64,000 nt of DNA from Myxococcota bacterium (GTDB taxonomy: Bacteria; Myxococcota_A; UBA9160; UBA6930). This document shows positions 40,725 through 51,940 of the stretch, one piece after another. The position numbers and the translations under genes are program-made. Positions within the stretch are counted from its first letter, which is position 1; each line of letters starts with the position of its first letter. The notes under the pieces are model-generated. The model did no database searches. It saw only the letters and a list, made by a program, of their open reading frames with translations, and had not been told where the DNA came from. The DNA is taken from NCBI GenBank assembly GCA_965223415.1, contig OZ245002.1:5152001-5216000 (forward strand), written 5' to 3'.

Positions 40725-41321
40725 CTATTGGGCGACCACCGAGGCTCCGCCGGAGAGCTTGAAGCGATTCTCGCGGATCCAGTACCGGAAGCCGCCGCCT
40801 CGGTAGGTCCCCGCGCGGTCCCGGATCGAGACCGGTGCGTCGGTCACGACCAGGCCCTTGGCGTGGTCGTAGCTCAGGTGGGTGGTGCGGAAGCGCCGGC
40901 CGTCGCCGGTGGTGCCCCGCACGTCGCCCTCGGCCACGAAGTTGCCGCTGTCGAGATCGACGGTGCCCGTGTCGCAGGTCATGTCGAGACCGCCCCGGCC
41001 CCGGGGACCGTCGACGAACGAGGCGAGCACCGCGTGCACGCCCTCCAGGTGGGCGACGTCCTGCTCCGGCCGGATGTCAGCCGTCTCGGCGTCGAGCACC
41101 ATCTCGTTGAAGTCGCTGTGGCTCGACACGTAGGTCATGCCGGAGAGGGCGAGGGAGCGCTCCTGCTCGTCGGCGTCCTCGTCGGCGGCGGCGGGCAGCG
41201 CGGCGGCGACGAGGGTGAGGGCGCACAACGCCCATAACACGGGCAGGAGAGGTCGGGCCCCGGCCGCAGCTCGTCTTGCGGGCCCCTCGTCGAGCCGCTT
41301 TCCCCGCCCCTCGGCACTCAA
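40725..41321 (-). CDS. lptC: LPS export protein LptC-like
   Basis: N-terminal hydrophobic segment; LDAETA..GDVRG..TTHLSYD..TDAPV beta-jellyroll pattern; synteny. Start uncertain. Confidence 0.75.
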   Translation of the reverse strand: MSAEGRGKRLDEGPARRAAAGARPLLPVLWALCALTLVAAALPAAADEDADEQERSLALSGMTYVSSHSDFNEMVLDAETADIRPEQDVAHLEGVHAVLASFVDGPRGRGGLDMTCDTGTVDLDSGNFVAEGDVRGTTGDGRRFRTTHLSYDHAKGLVVTDAPVSIRDRAGTYRGGGFRYWIRENRFKLSGGASVVAQ

Positions 41322-41411
41322 GATGCAAGGATCATACCCACGGGGAGCGCGCCGGCAACCGGGGCGGATGAGCGCTGTGTGAAGGCCCGCCGTGGTCGGC
41401 GAGCCCCGCGA

Positions 41412-41648
41412 TCAGTCCTCGTCGTGTCCGACGAGGGTCGCGACGGGCTCGTGAGAGCCCAGCCAGTGGGCGGGCTTCAAGATCAGCGTGTCGAGGATCA
41501 CACCGATGGGATGCAGGACGTAGGCGACGATCCGGAGCGGGTGGCCAGAGCGGGTGGAATCGTGGTCATGGGCGGCCGCCGGGCTTCCGGCCGCCAACAG
41601 GGCGGCGGCCAGGACGAGGGCTGCCAGGGCGCGGCGAGGGGTCGACAT
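41412..41648 (-). CDS. Small exported hypothetical protein (78 aa)
   Basis: GGAG RBS; signal MSTPRRALAALVLAAALLAAGSPAAA; GHPLRIVAYVLHPIGVILDTLILKPAH. Confidence 0.65.
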   Translation of the reverse strand: MSTPRRALAALVLAAALLAAGSPAAAHDHDSTRSGHPLRIVAYVLHPIGVILDTLILKPAHWLGSHEPVATLVGHDED

Positions 41649-41781
41649 CGGTTCGTTCTCTCCCAAACGAGCAGCGCGGGACGCTCTCGGCATCCTACCA
41701 TCATTCCGCGCGTGCGCCGGACATCGGCCCTCGCGCCCCCCGCGTTGTCCCCCAGGGGTGATTTCCCCACAGAGAGAGACT

Positions 41782-42159
41782 ATGAAGATTACCCGCCTCA
41801 ATCACGCCGCCATCAACTGCCAGGGCCAGTGGGAGGCCACCCGCGTCTTCTACACCGAGCTGCTGGGCATCGGGACGACCCCTCGACCGGAGTTCATCGA
41901 GAAAACCATCGGCGGCTGCTGGCTCCAGCTCCCGAACGGCCAGGTCCACGTGATCGACGCCCCCTACGACGGCTCCCCCGGCGCTCCCATCGGCCCCCAC
42001 GTCTCCTACTACGTCGACGACCTCGCCGCCGCCGAAGCCGAGCTCAGTGAGAAGGGCGTCACCTTCACCGCCGCCATGGGCGAGGGCCCCGCCCGCATCC
42101 TCTGGTTCACCGACCCCGCCGGCAACACCGTCGAGCTCCAGCAAGACCCCGACGCCTAA
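41782..42159 (+). CDS. VOC/glyoxalase family protein
   Basis: LNHAAI..FYTELLG..HVSYYVDDL..FTDPAGNTVEL. Confidence 0.9.
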   Translation: MKITRLNHAAINCQGQWEATRVFYTELLGIGTTPRPEFIEKTIGGCWLQLPNGQVHVIDAPYDGSPGAPIGPHVSYYVDDLAAAEAELSEKGVTFTAAMGEGPARILWFTDPAGNTVELQQDPDA

Positions 42160-42165
42160 CAAAAC

Positions 42166-42242
42166 ACGCAAGAGCGGGGACGTTCCTTGCAACTTGCGTT
42201 CTTGGAAAACGCAAGTTGCAAGGAACGTCCCCGCTCTTGCGT
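42166..42242. repeat. Perfect inverted repeat with 35-bp arms, GGGGACGTTCCT-core REP-like doublet, copy 3
   Basis: ACGCAAGAGCGGGGACGTTCCTTGCAACTTGCGTT, loop CTTGGAA, then the exact reverse complement; between convergent genes. Confidence 0.95.
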
Positions 42243-42253
42243 TGTTTGGGGGG

Positions 42254-43186
42254 TCAGGGGTCGAGGCGGAGCTCGGCGAAGACGGGGCGGTGGTCGGAGC
42301 CGGTGCCCTGGCCGACTTCGCGACGGGTCGTGACGAGGTCGGGGCTCGTGAGGATGTGATCCAGGGGGAGACCGAGCGGGCCGAGTGCGGCGGGCCAGGT
42401 GGCGAGGTGCCCGTGGCCGGCCCGGGTATCGCGGAGGTCGGCGTCGGCGAGCAGGCGCCGGAAGGCGCGAGACCACGGGGTCGCGTTCAGGTCGCCGAGC
42501 AGCGCGAACCGGCCTGGCCGCTCGCGGCGGATGCGGGCCAGCTCGGCGAGCTGGCGATCGCGCAGGCTCGTGACGAAGGCGCTGAACGGCGGATGGGGAT
42601 GGGCCACCAGCAGGTTCACCGGCTCGCCGTCCACCCGCACGGTCGCCAGCAGTGCCGGGTGGTGTGGATCGCCGCCGAGGAGGCGGACCTCCGGGCGCTC
42701 CAGAGGCAGCCGGCTGTAGAGCGCGATACCGAAGTGGTGCTCCCGGGGCTCGAGCAGGCGATGGGGATGGCCCGGCAGCGCCGCGTTCAGGTCCCGGACC
42801 CAGCGCTCGCTCACCTCGGCGAAGCCCAGCACCTCCGGATTCCGGCCCGCGACCAGGGCGTCGGGCAGGAAGCCGTTCCGGTTGGCCAGGGAGAGGTTGG
42901 CCATGGCGAGCCGCAGCCGCGGGCCCCCCGCGTCGCCCGCCGGCCCGCCGGCGGGGCGCAGGGCGGCCGCGTTCAGCCAGGCGACCGCCGCCAGGAGCGC
43001 CATCGGCAGCACGGCACCGCGCGCAGCGGCGAGACAGGCCAGGCCGAGCCCCGCCAGGGCGTAGTGCAACGGGAAGTGGCTCAGCAACTCGACGGGCCAG
43101 GAGCCATCGCCGAGGCGCGCCAGGGCCGTCGCCCCGGCGAGCCCCACGGCGCCCGCCCACAGGGCCGGCGACGTCACTGCTGCCAC
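42254..43186 (-). CDS. Endonuclease/exonuclease/phosphatase family membrane protein
   Basis: Three N-terminal TM segments, ELLSHF, MANL, GDLNATPWS, LDHIL, GSDHRPV. Confidence 0.88.
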   Translation of the reverse strand: MAAVTSPALWAGAVGLAGATALARLGDGSWPVELLSHFPLHYALAGLGLACLAAARGAVLPMALLAAVAWLNAAALRPAGGPAGDAGGPRLRLAMANLSLANRNGFLPDALVAGRNPEVLGFAEVSERWVRDLNAALPGHPHRLLEPREHHFGIALYSRLPLERPEVRLLGGDPHHPALLATVRVDGEPVNLLVAHPHPPFSAFVTSLRDRQLAELARIRRERPGRFALLGDLNATPWSRAFRRLLADADLRDTRAGHGHLATWPAALGPLGLPLDHILTSPDLVTTRREVGQGTGSDHRPVFAELRLDP

Positions 43187-43268
43187 CTCAGCCGCGAAGC
43201 CGGCGCCCTCACCGCTGCCGCCTCGGCCGCCGGGCCGGCGCCCTCACCGCTGCCGCCTCAGCGGGCGC
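43164..43268. repeat. Three tandem 35-bp repeats spanning the symporter stop / EEP start junction
   Basis: Units start at 43164, 43199 and 43234; consensus GCCGGCGCCCTCACCGCTGCCGCCTCAG. Confidence 0.85.
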
Positions 43269-44952
43269 GGCGCGGCAGCCGGATCTCCTCGACCAGCCGC
43301 CGCACGTCCTCGGGCGGCGGCTCGGTGAAGCGGCTCACCGTCAACGCCACGGCGAAGTTGAGCAGCATCCCCACGCTGCCGATGCCTTCCGGGCTGATGC
43401 CCCACCACCATGCGTCCGCCCCCGCGGTCGGGTCCACGTACTTGAACCAGATGATGTAGCTGGCCGTGAAGCCGATGCCCGTCAGCATGCCAGCGATGGC
43501 GCCCCACTTCGTCGTGCGCGTCGTGAAGATGCCAAGCACCAGCGCCGGGAAGAAGCTCGAGGCGGCCAGGCCGAAGGCGAAGGCCACCACCTGGGCGACG
43601 AAGCCCGGTGGGTAGATGCCGAACAGCCCGGCGATCAGCACCGCGACGCCGGCGGCGCCGCGGGCCATCCCGAGCTCCCGGCGCTCGCTCATCCCGGGAC
43701 GGAGCCAGCTCTTGCCGATGTCGTGGGAAATCGCCGAGGAGATCACGAGCAGCAGCCCCGCCGCGGTCGAGAGCGCTGCGGCGAGCCCCCCGGCGGCGAC
43801 CAAGGCGACGATCCAGGCCGGCAGGCGCGCGATCTCCGGATTCGCGAGCACCATGATGTCCCGATCGACCCGCAGCTCGTTCGTCTCCGCGTTGCCGCTG
43901 TAGCGGATGCGCCCGTCGCCGTCCTTGTCCTCGAAGCCGATCAGGCCCGTGGCCTCCCAGCTCCGGAACCAGACCGGGGCCTCCTCGTAGGCCACGCCGT
44001 TCAGGTCCTGGATCATGTTCACGCGGGCGAAGGCGGCCACCGCCGGCGCCGTCGTGTAGAGCAACGCGATGAAGACCAGGGCCCACAGCGCGCTCCAGCG
44101 TGCCGCCCGGGCGCTCGGCACGGTGTAGAAGCGGATCAGCACGTGGGGGAGGCCGGCCGTGCCGACCATCAGCGCCGCGGTGATGGCGAACACGTCCACC
44201 ATGCTCTTCTTGCCCGGCAGCCAGGCCCCCGTGTACTCCGGGAGCCCGAGCTCCCGGTGCAGGGCGTCGAGGGTCTCGAGCAGGAAGCGCCCGGCGTTCG
44301 CGCCCTCGGCGACGCTCCCGCCGAAGCCGATCTGCGGAATCGGATTGCCGGTGATCTTCCAGGAGATCGCGGCGGCCGGGATCAGGTAGGCGACGATCAG
44401 CACGCAGTACTGGGCCACCTGGGTGTAGGTGATCCCGCGCATTCCGCCGAGGGTCGCGTAGAAGAACACGATGGCCATGCCAAGCACCACGCCGGTCGTC
44501 ACGTCCACCTCGAGGAAGCGCGAGAACACGACGCCCACGCCGCGCATCTGCCCCGCGATGTAGGTGAACGAGACGAAGATCGTGCACAGGGCGCCGACCA
44601 GGCGGGCGAGCTGCGAGTGGTAGCGGTCACCGAGGAACTCGGAGGTGGTGAACTTCCCGTACTTCCGCAGGTAGGGCGCGAGCAGCAGGGCCAGGAGGAC
44701 GTAGCCCCCGGTCCAGCCCATCAGGTAGATGGTGCCGGTGTAGCCCATGAAGGAGATGAGCCCGGCCATCGAGATGAAGGACGCCGCGCTCATCCAGTCC
44801 GCGCCGGTGGCCATGCCGTTGGCCAGGGCCGGCACCCCGCGGCCCGCCACGTAGAAGCCGGCGGTCGAGCGGACCCGGCTCAGGACGGCGATGCCGATGT
44901 AGAGGCTGAACGTCAGGCCGACGAGCAGGTACGTCCAGGCCTGCACGTCCAT
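43258..44952 (-). CDS. Sodium:solute symporter, ActP (cation/acetate) family
   Basis: ADWMSAASFISMAG, GTAGLPHVLIRFYTVP, AAALSTAAGLL; paired with a DUF4212-type gene. Confidence 0.92.
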   Translation of the reverse strand: MDVQAWTYLLVGLTFSLYIGIAVLSRVRSTAGFYVAGRGVPALANGMATGADWMSAASFISMAGLISFMGYTGTIYLMGWTGGYVLLALLLAPYLRKYGKFTTSEFLGDRYHSQLARLVGALCTIFVSFTYIAGQMRGVGVVFSRFLEVDVTTGVVLGMAIVFFYATLGGMRGITYTQVAQYCVLIVAYLIPAAAISWKITGNPIPQIGFGGSVAEGANAGRFLLETLDALHRELGLPEYTGAWLPGKKSMVDVFAITAALMVGTAGLPHVLIRFYTVPSARAARWSALWALVFIALLYTTAPAVAAFARVNMIQDLNGVAYEEAPVWFRSWEATGLIGFEDKDGDGRIRYSGNAETNELRVDRDIMVLANPEIARLPAWIVALVAAGGLAAALSTAAGLLLVISSAISHDIGKSWLRPGMSERRELGMARGAAGVAVLIAGLFGIYPPGFVAQVVAFAFGLAASSFFPALVLGIFTTRTTKWGAIAGMLTGIGFTASYIIWFKYVDPTAGADAWWWGISPEGIGSVGMLLNFAVALTVSRFTEPPPEDVRRLVEEIRLPRRAR

Positions 44953-44953
44953 G

Positions 44954-45237
<284 letters not shown>

Positions 45238-45238
<1 letters not shown>

Positions 45239-46440
45239 CAGTGGACGGTCTGCCCCAGGGTCCTGGCGCCGATCAGCGCCCGCACCGCGTCCGCGATGCC
45301 GTCCACCGAGAGGTGGAACATCGGGAACAGCCGGCTGATGATCCGTGTCGTGTGGGCCTGGTCCCAGACGTCCGGCGCGTCCGGGTTGAGCCACACGACG
45401 CGTTCGAAGTGGTCATTGATGGCGTGGAGCCAGTCGATGCCGCTGGTCTGGGCCGTCCGCCGCGGATCGATGTTGCCGAACTCCTCCATCAGCTCCGCCG
45501 GGTGCATCGCCGCGTCGCCGACGATCATCACCTTCCAGCGAGGATCGAGCTTGCGCAGGACGTCGCCGGTCGGGACCGCGTCCTTCCGCAGCAGCGCCGC
45601 CGTGGTGCCGAGCATCTCGTAGGGGCAGTTGTGGAAGTAGTAGGCCTTGAACTCCTTCAGGCCCCGCTCCTCGTGGAGCGCCGTGAGCAGCCGGCTCACC
45701 GGCTCGTAGTAGGGGTCCATCGTGCCACCGACGTCCATCAAGAGGAGCAGCCGCACGTTGTTTCGCTTCTCGGGCCGGAACACCAGCTCGATCTCGCCGG
45801 CGTTCTTGCACGTCTCGTCGATGGTCTCGGGGAGATCGAGCTCGGTGGCCGGCCCCACCCGGGTGAGCTGGCGCAGCCGGCGCAGCGCCATCTGGATCTG
45901 GCGGATGTCCAGGGACGCGTCGGTGCGGTAGTCCCGGAAGCGTCGCTCCTGGGCGACCTTCATGGCGGAGCGACCCCTGCTCTGGCCCCCCACCCGGATG
46001 CCGGTGGGATGTTCCCCGCCGTGGCCGAAGGGCGAGCGCCCTCCGGTACCGACCCACTTGTCGCCCCCGTCGTGGCGCTCGGTCTGCTCGGCCAGGCGCT
46101 CGAGGAACTGCTGCATCAGCTCGTCGCCGGTGAGCCATTCGAGCGCCTGCTTCTGCTCCTCGGTCAGCTCCTGGAAGTTCTTCGGATCCCGCAGCCAATC
46201 GAGCACTTCCTCCTCGATCGCGAGCTCGCCCTCCACGCCTTCGAAGACGTGGAGGAAGACCCGGTCGAAGGCGTCGAAGTAGGTCTCGCTCTTGACGAGC
46301 AGCGCACGGGAGAGGTTGTAGAAGCGGCGCAGGCTCGAGCCGTGGAGGCCCTTCTTCACGGCCTCCATGAGCATCATCCACTCCTGCATCCCCACCGGGA
46401 CGCCCTCTTCGCGGAGCTCGTAGAAGAAGTCGAGGAACAC
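45238..46440 (-). CDS. VWA/CoxE-like protein
   Basis: [26 protein letters not shown]-like motif, [18 protein letters not shown]. Confidence 0.88.
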
Positions 46441-46457
46441 GGCGCACCCGCTCGTGG

Positions 46458-47342
<885 letters not shown>

Positions 47343-47398
47343 GGCGCCGGATTCTAGCCGCGCCGGGGGCCCCGTCACGCGCCCTGGGGCATTCCGCC

Positions 47399-48061
47399 CT
47401 AGGCCTCCGGTGACCAGAGCGGCTCGGGGATCTCGAAGCCGACCGGCTGGTCCCAGTGATTGCGGCGGGCCACCTCGTGGACCGGCGTGCGCGGGGCCAC
47501 GCCCCAGCGGCCGGTCGGGTAGCCCATCGTCACGCAGCAGTTGAACTGCCAGCCCGCGTCCTTCGGCACGCCGAGGATCTCGAGCACCGGGTCGATCCGG
47601 AAGAGCATGACGCTGGTCAGGGCCGAGCCCACCCCCTCCGCCCGGGCCGCGAGCATGGCGCTCCACACGCCGGGGAAGATCGAGCCGCCGGTCGTATCGA
47701 ACTGGGAGAAGGCGAACAACAGCAGCGGGTAGTCCTCGAAGTGGTCCGCGAGCCACTGGGCCGAGCGCTGCATCGTCAGGAACTGGCGGCTGTCCACGCT
47801 GTCCGGGTCGGCGGCCGCGGCGTCGGCCTGGGGCTTGTAGACCGTCTCCCAGAGCTGGCCCAGACACTGGCGGTAGATCGGGCCGAGCCGGGCCTTCACC
47901 GCCGGATCGTCGACCAAGAGGAAGCGCCAGGCCTGGGCGTTGCCGCCGCTCGGCGCCCGGATGGCCGCGTCCAGGATGCGCTGCTGCACGCCTTCGGGGA
48001 TGGGATCGGTCTTCACCCTGCGCATGGCGCGGGTCGTGTAGAGGGCTTCGTACAGGTCCAA
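47399..48061 (-). CDS. Nitroreductase family protein
   Basis: AAGGAG RBS then TTG; TTRAMRR, RAPSGGNAQAWRF, MLAARAEGVG, MGYP. Confidence 0.88.
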   Translation of the reverse strand: MDLYEALYTTRAMRRVKTDPIPEGVQQRILDAAIRAPSGGNAQAWRFLLVDDPAVKARLGPIYRQCLGQLWETVYKPQADAAAADPDSVDSRQFLTMQRSAQWLADHFEDYPLLLFAFSQFDTTGGSIFPGVWSAMLAARAEGVGSALTSVMLFRIDPVLEILGVPKDAGWQFNCCVTMGYPTGRWGVAPRTPVHEVARRNHWDQPVGFEIPEPLWSPEA

Positions 48062-48140
48062 CGCCGGGCTCCTTGGTGGATTCGCGGACGAGCATGCCAC
48101 ATTCCTTGGCCCGATCGCCGAGAGCTGCGAAGCTGAACCC

Positions 48141-50216
48141 GTGACCCGCATCGCGCTCGCCCTGGCTCTCGTCACGCTGCTCGCGGCCACCGCGCGGGCG
48201 GAGCTTCGCGAGATCGAGCTCACCATCGCCCGGCAAAGCGTGGACTTCACGGGGCGGCCCGTGGAGGCGATGACGGTGAACGGCGGCATTCCCGGCCCGA
48301 CGCTCGTCTTCCGCGAGGGCGACCGGGCCCGAATCCACGTGCACAACCGCATGGACGTCGAGACGTCGGTCCACTGGCACGGGCTGCTACTCCCGAACCG
48401 GGAGGACGGCGTGCCCTACCTGACGACGCCGCCGATCCTGCCCGGGACGACGTACACCTACGAGTTCCCGCTGCGCCAGGCCGGCACCTACTGGTACCAC
48501 TCCAACACGAAGCTCCAGGAGCAGCGCGGGGTCTACGGCGGGATCGTCATCCATCCGCGAGTGACGCCGGCGGGCGTCCTCCCGCGGGAGCACGTGCTGG
48601 TGCTCTCGGATTGGACCGACGAGGACCCGAACGAGGTCTGGCGCAACCTGCGGGCCGGCCGCGAGGACTACGCCTACGCCAAGGGCAGTCTGCAGACGGT
48701 CTGGGGCGCGCTTCGCGCCGGCCCGCTGGGCTCGACCCTGCGCCGCGCCTGGGGTCGCATGCCGCCCATGGACGTCTCGGACGTGGCCTACGACCGCTTC
48801 CTCGCGAACGGCGCGCCGGAGAGCACGCTCCGGGCCGCGGCCGGTGAACGCCTCCGGGTGCGCGTCATCAACGCGGCCGCGTCGAGCTACTTCTACCTCG
48901 ACTGGTCCGGCGGCCCGATGCGCCTGGTCGCCGCCGACGGCCCCGAGGTGGAGCCCACGGACACCCACCGCCTGCTGATCGGCGTCGCCGAGACCTACGA
49001 CCTCCTGCTCCAAGCCCCCCACCACGGCCGCGCCGAGCTCCGCGCCACGGCCCAGGACGGCAGCGGCCACGCCTCCCTGTGGATCGGCCACGGCCCCGAT
49101 CACCCGGCCACGCCTCCGCCGCCGCCGGATCCCTATCGCATGGACCACCAACACCCGGACGCCCCCGAAGCCGCCGACTCTTCCCACGGCGGGAGCCACC
49201 GAATGCACCACGGCCACGAAGCCGAGCCCGAAGACGACGGGAACGCACCCGAAGCTCCCGCCCTCCGGCGGCCGGGAGCGCCCTACCGAGCCTTGCGGGC
49301 GCGCGAGGCGACGCTCGCGGCGGCCGAGGCACCGCGGCGCACGATCCGGATGCGGCTCACGGGGGACATGGAGCGGTACACGTGGCACTTCGACGGCAAG
49401 ACGCTGAACGAGGCGGATGTCATCCCGGTGCGGCGCGGCGAGGTGCTGCGCATCGAGTTCGAGAACGAGACGATGATGCACCACCCGCTCCATCTGCACG
49501 GGCACTTCTTCCGCGTGCTCGAGGGTCAGGGCGATCGCGCGCCCCTCAAGCACACGGTGGACGTGCCGCCCATGGGCCGGCGCACCATCGAGTTCCTCGC
49601 CGATGCGGACAAGGACTGGTTCTTCCACTGCCACGTCCTCTACCACATGAAGGCGGGCATGAGCCGCATCTTCCACTACGAGGGGTCCGAGCCGGCCCCG
49701 GACATCGCCGCCATGCGCGATCGGCTGTTCGGCGATCCCTGGGCGGTGTGGGCCGACGCCGTGCTCCAGAGCCACCGCAGCGAGGGCGAGATCGTCGCCT
49801 CGCGCACCCGCCAGAGCCTGCGCCTGGGTTGGGAGGTGGGCTGGCAACGGGTGGACGGGGCGGAGCACGAGACCTGGCTGCTGGCGGAGCACCACGTCGA
49901 CCGTTTCCTGAGCGTCTTCACCGGCGCGAGCCTCGAGCACGAGCGGAACGCCGCCGTGCTCGGCCTCACCTACCACCTGCCCCTGAACCTTCACTCCCGC
50001 GCCTGGGTCGACCACCACGGCGACCTCCGGGTCGGCCTCGAGAAGGAGCTCGACCTGACGCGCCGCCTCGGCTGGTTCGGCGACGTGGAGTTCGACACCG
50101 AGGGCGGCTTCGAGGGGGCCACCGGTCTCCGCTGGCGGATGGGACGGCGCTGGTCGCTCACGGCCTCCTGGCACTCGGAGAACGGCGCCGGCGCGGGCAT
50201 CGAGCTGCGCTACTGA
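48141..50216 (+). CDS. Multicopper oxidase (CopA-like) fused to a C-terminal putative beta-barrel
   Basis: SVHWHG, YWYHSN, HPLHLHGH, FHCHVLYHM; His-rich linker; amphipathic beta-strand C-terminus ending GIELRY. Confidence 0.88.
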   Translation: MTRIALALALVTLLAATARAELREIELTIARQSVDFTGRPVEAMTVNGGIPGPTLVFREGDRARIHVHNRMDVETSVHWHGLLLPNREDGVPYLTTPPILPGTTYTYEFPLRQAGTYWYHSNTKLQEQRGVYGGIVIHPRVTPAGVLPREHVLVLSDWTDEDPNEVWRNLRAGREDYAYAKGSLQTVWGALRAGPLGSTLRRAWGRMPPMDVSDVAYDRFLANGAPESTLRAAAGERLRVRVINAAASSYFYLDWSGGPMRLVAADGPEVEPTDTHRLLIGVAETYDLLLQAPHHGRAELRATAQDGSGHASLWIGHGPDHPATPPPPPDPYRMDHQHPDAPEAADSSHGGSHRMHHGHEAEPEDDGNAPEAPALRRPGAPYRALRAREATLAAAEAPRRTIRMRLTGDMERYTWHFDGKTLNEADVIPVRRGEVLRIEFENETMMHHPLHLHGHFFRVLEGQGDRAPLKHTVDVPPMGRRTIEFLADADKDWFFHCHVLYHMKAGMSRIFHYEGSEPAPDIAAMRDRLFGDPWAVWADAVLQSHRSEGEIVASRTRQSLRLGWEVGWQRVDGAEHETWLLAEHHVDRFLSVFTGASLEHERNAAVLGLTYHLPLNLHSRAWVDHHGDLRVGLEKELDLTRRLGWFGDVEFDTEGGFEGATGLRWRMGRRWSLTASWHSENGAGAGIELRY

Positions 50217-50243
50217 GCGGCGGGCTGTGCCACCCTACCGCCC

Positions 50244-51272
50244 ATGGCCGAGCTGTCGGATCGGGTCGCCGCCTACGCCGCCCGGCGGATGCCGGACGCG
50301 CGGGACGTCCGCGTGTCCGGCCTCGAGCGCATCTTCGGCGGCGCCTCCCGCCAGACCTTCCGCTTCGTCCTGCACGCCACCGTGGACGGCCGGGAGACGG
50401 AGCGCCGGCTGATCCTGCGCCGGGACCCGCCGGGCAGCCTGATCGAGACCGACCGCGCCATCGAGTTCGGCGCCTACCGCGCGTTCCACGGCAGCGACGT
50501 GCCCGTACCCGAGCCGATCTGGCTCGAAGAGGATCCGAGCCACCTCGACCATCCCTTCTTCGTGATGGAAGAGCTGGTCGGGCTCGAGGCTTCGCCCCAG
50601 ACGATCCTGCTGCCTCCCTACGCCGAGCACCTCGAGGCGATCGGCCGCCGCAAGTGGACGATCCTCGGCCGCATCGCCGCCGCCGATCCGGAAGGCCTCG
50701 ACCTGCCGAAGGCCATGCAGCCGGTCGCGCCGCAGCGCGCCTGGGCCCGGGAGCTCGACTACTGGGAGTCGGTCCTCGACGACGACGAGCTCTCTCCCCA
50801 ACCGATCATCCGCGCCGCGATCCGCTGGCTGCGCCGCCATCCCCCGCCGCCGGCCCAGAAGATCTCGGTCGTGCACGGCGACTACCGCACCGGCAACTTC
50901 CTCTACGACGCCGAGGGCGGAATCCGCGGCATCCTCGACTGGGAGATGGCCCACCTGGGCGATCCGCTCGAGGATCTGGCCTGGGGGCTCAACCGGATCT
51001 GGTGCTGGGCCCGCGACGACCGGCGCGGCGGCCTGCTGCCGAAGGAGGAGGCAGTGGCGATCTGGCAGGAGGCCAGCGGCCTCGTCGCGAACTCGGAGGC
51101 TCTTCACTGGTGGGAGCTCTTCTCCTGCGTGAAGGGCCAGGGCATCTGGATCTCCGCCGCCCGCGAGTTCCACGACGGCCAGAACCACGATCCGATCATG
51201 GCCATGTCGAGCTGGGCCATGACCAACAGCCAGGACCGGGCGGCCCTCGAGCTGCTGGGGAAGCTCCCGTGA
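50244..51272 (+). CDS. APH/choline-kinase-like phosphotransferase (ACAD10/11-type)
   Basis: GGASRQT, VHGDYRTGNFL, ILDWEMAHLGDPLEDL. Confidence 0.88.
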   Translation: MAELSDRVAAYAARRMPDARDVRVSGLERIFGGASRQTFRFVLHATVDGRETERRLILRRDPPGSLIETDRAIEFGAYRAFHGSDVPVPEPIWLEEDPSHLDHPFFVMEELVGLEASPQTILLPPYAEHLEAIGRRKWTILGRIAAADPEGLDLPKAMQPVAPQRAWARELDYWESVLDDDELSPQPIIRAAIRWLRRHPPPPAQKISVVHGDYRTGNFLYDAEGGIRGILDWEMAHLGDPLEDLAWGLNRIWCWARDDRRGGLLPKEEAVAIWQEASGLVANSEALHWWELFSCVKGQGIWISAAREFHDGQNHDPIMAMSSWAMTNSQDRAALELLGKLP

Positions 51273-51715
51273 GGCCCGACGTCCCCCTCGTGCTCGAGCG
51301 AACCCTGGGCCAGCTCGCCATGGAGGTGCTGCCCGCTCTGCCCTCCGGCTACGCCCAAGGCGCCTTCGGCGCCCAGCTCGCCCTGCTCGCCGCCATCCGC
51401 GAAGAGGTGGACCGCGCCGCCGCGCGACGGGTGGAGGAGAACCGCGCCCTTCGCGAGCTCCTGGCCCGCGGCGCCGGGACCGTCACGGAGCCGTCCCTCG
51501 CGGCGCGCCTGCGCGAGGCCGGCGGCGGTGCCGACGACGACCTCACGGTGAGCGCCCTGCAGGAGGCCAACGACACCCTGCGCGGCCTGCTGACCCTGCT
51601 GCACGCGCGGCTCGAAGAGCAAGACGACCCGGCCGCCCGCGCCCTCGAGGCCGACCTGTGGGACGAGCTCCGCCGCTCCACCGAGCGCAGGGCGCTCTCG
51701 ATGGGCCCGTTCTGA
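51269..51715 (+). CDS. Helical hypothetical protein translationally coupled to the phosphotransferase
   Basis: GTGA overlap; VRPDVPLVLERT..EEVDRAAARRVEENRALRELL. Confidence 0.75.
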   Translation: MRPDVPLVLERTLGQLAMEVLPALPSGYAQGAFGAQLALLAAIREEVDRAAARRVEENRALRELLARGAGTVTEPSLAARLREAGGGADDDLTVSALQEANDTLRGLLTLLHARLEEQDDPAARALEADLWDELRRSTERRALSMGPF

Positions 51716-51940
51716 ACGCCGGGCGTCAGGTCGCCAGCTGGCTGAGCGGGCCGTCCCTACGCGGGCGCAGCGGCTCGCGGCCCGGGCGCGAGCTCAGGTG
51801 GCGCGGACCCGGCTCGGCTCCCTCCACCAGCCGACGGCCAGGGCGACGCGCGGATCGGGCCGCGCGGCCCGCTGCACCAGGACTGGAGGAACCCGCCGCG
51901 CCCGTGGGCCTGACGCACCACCGTGCGCACGATCGCGTGC

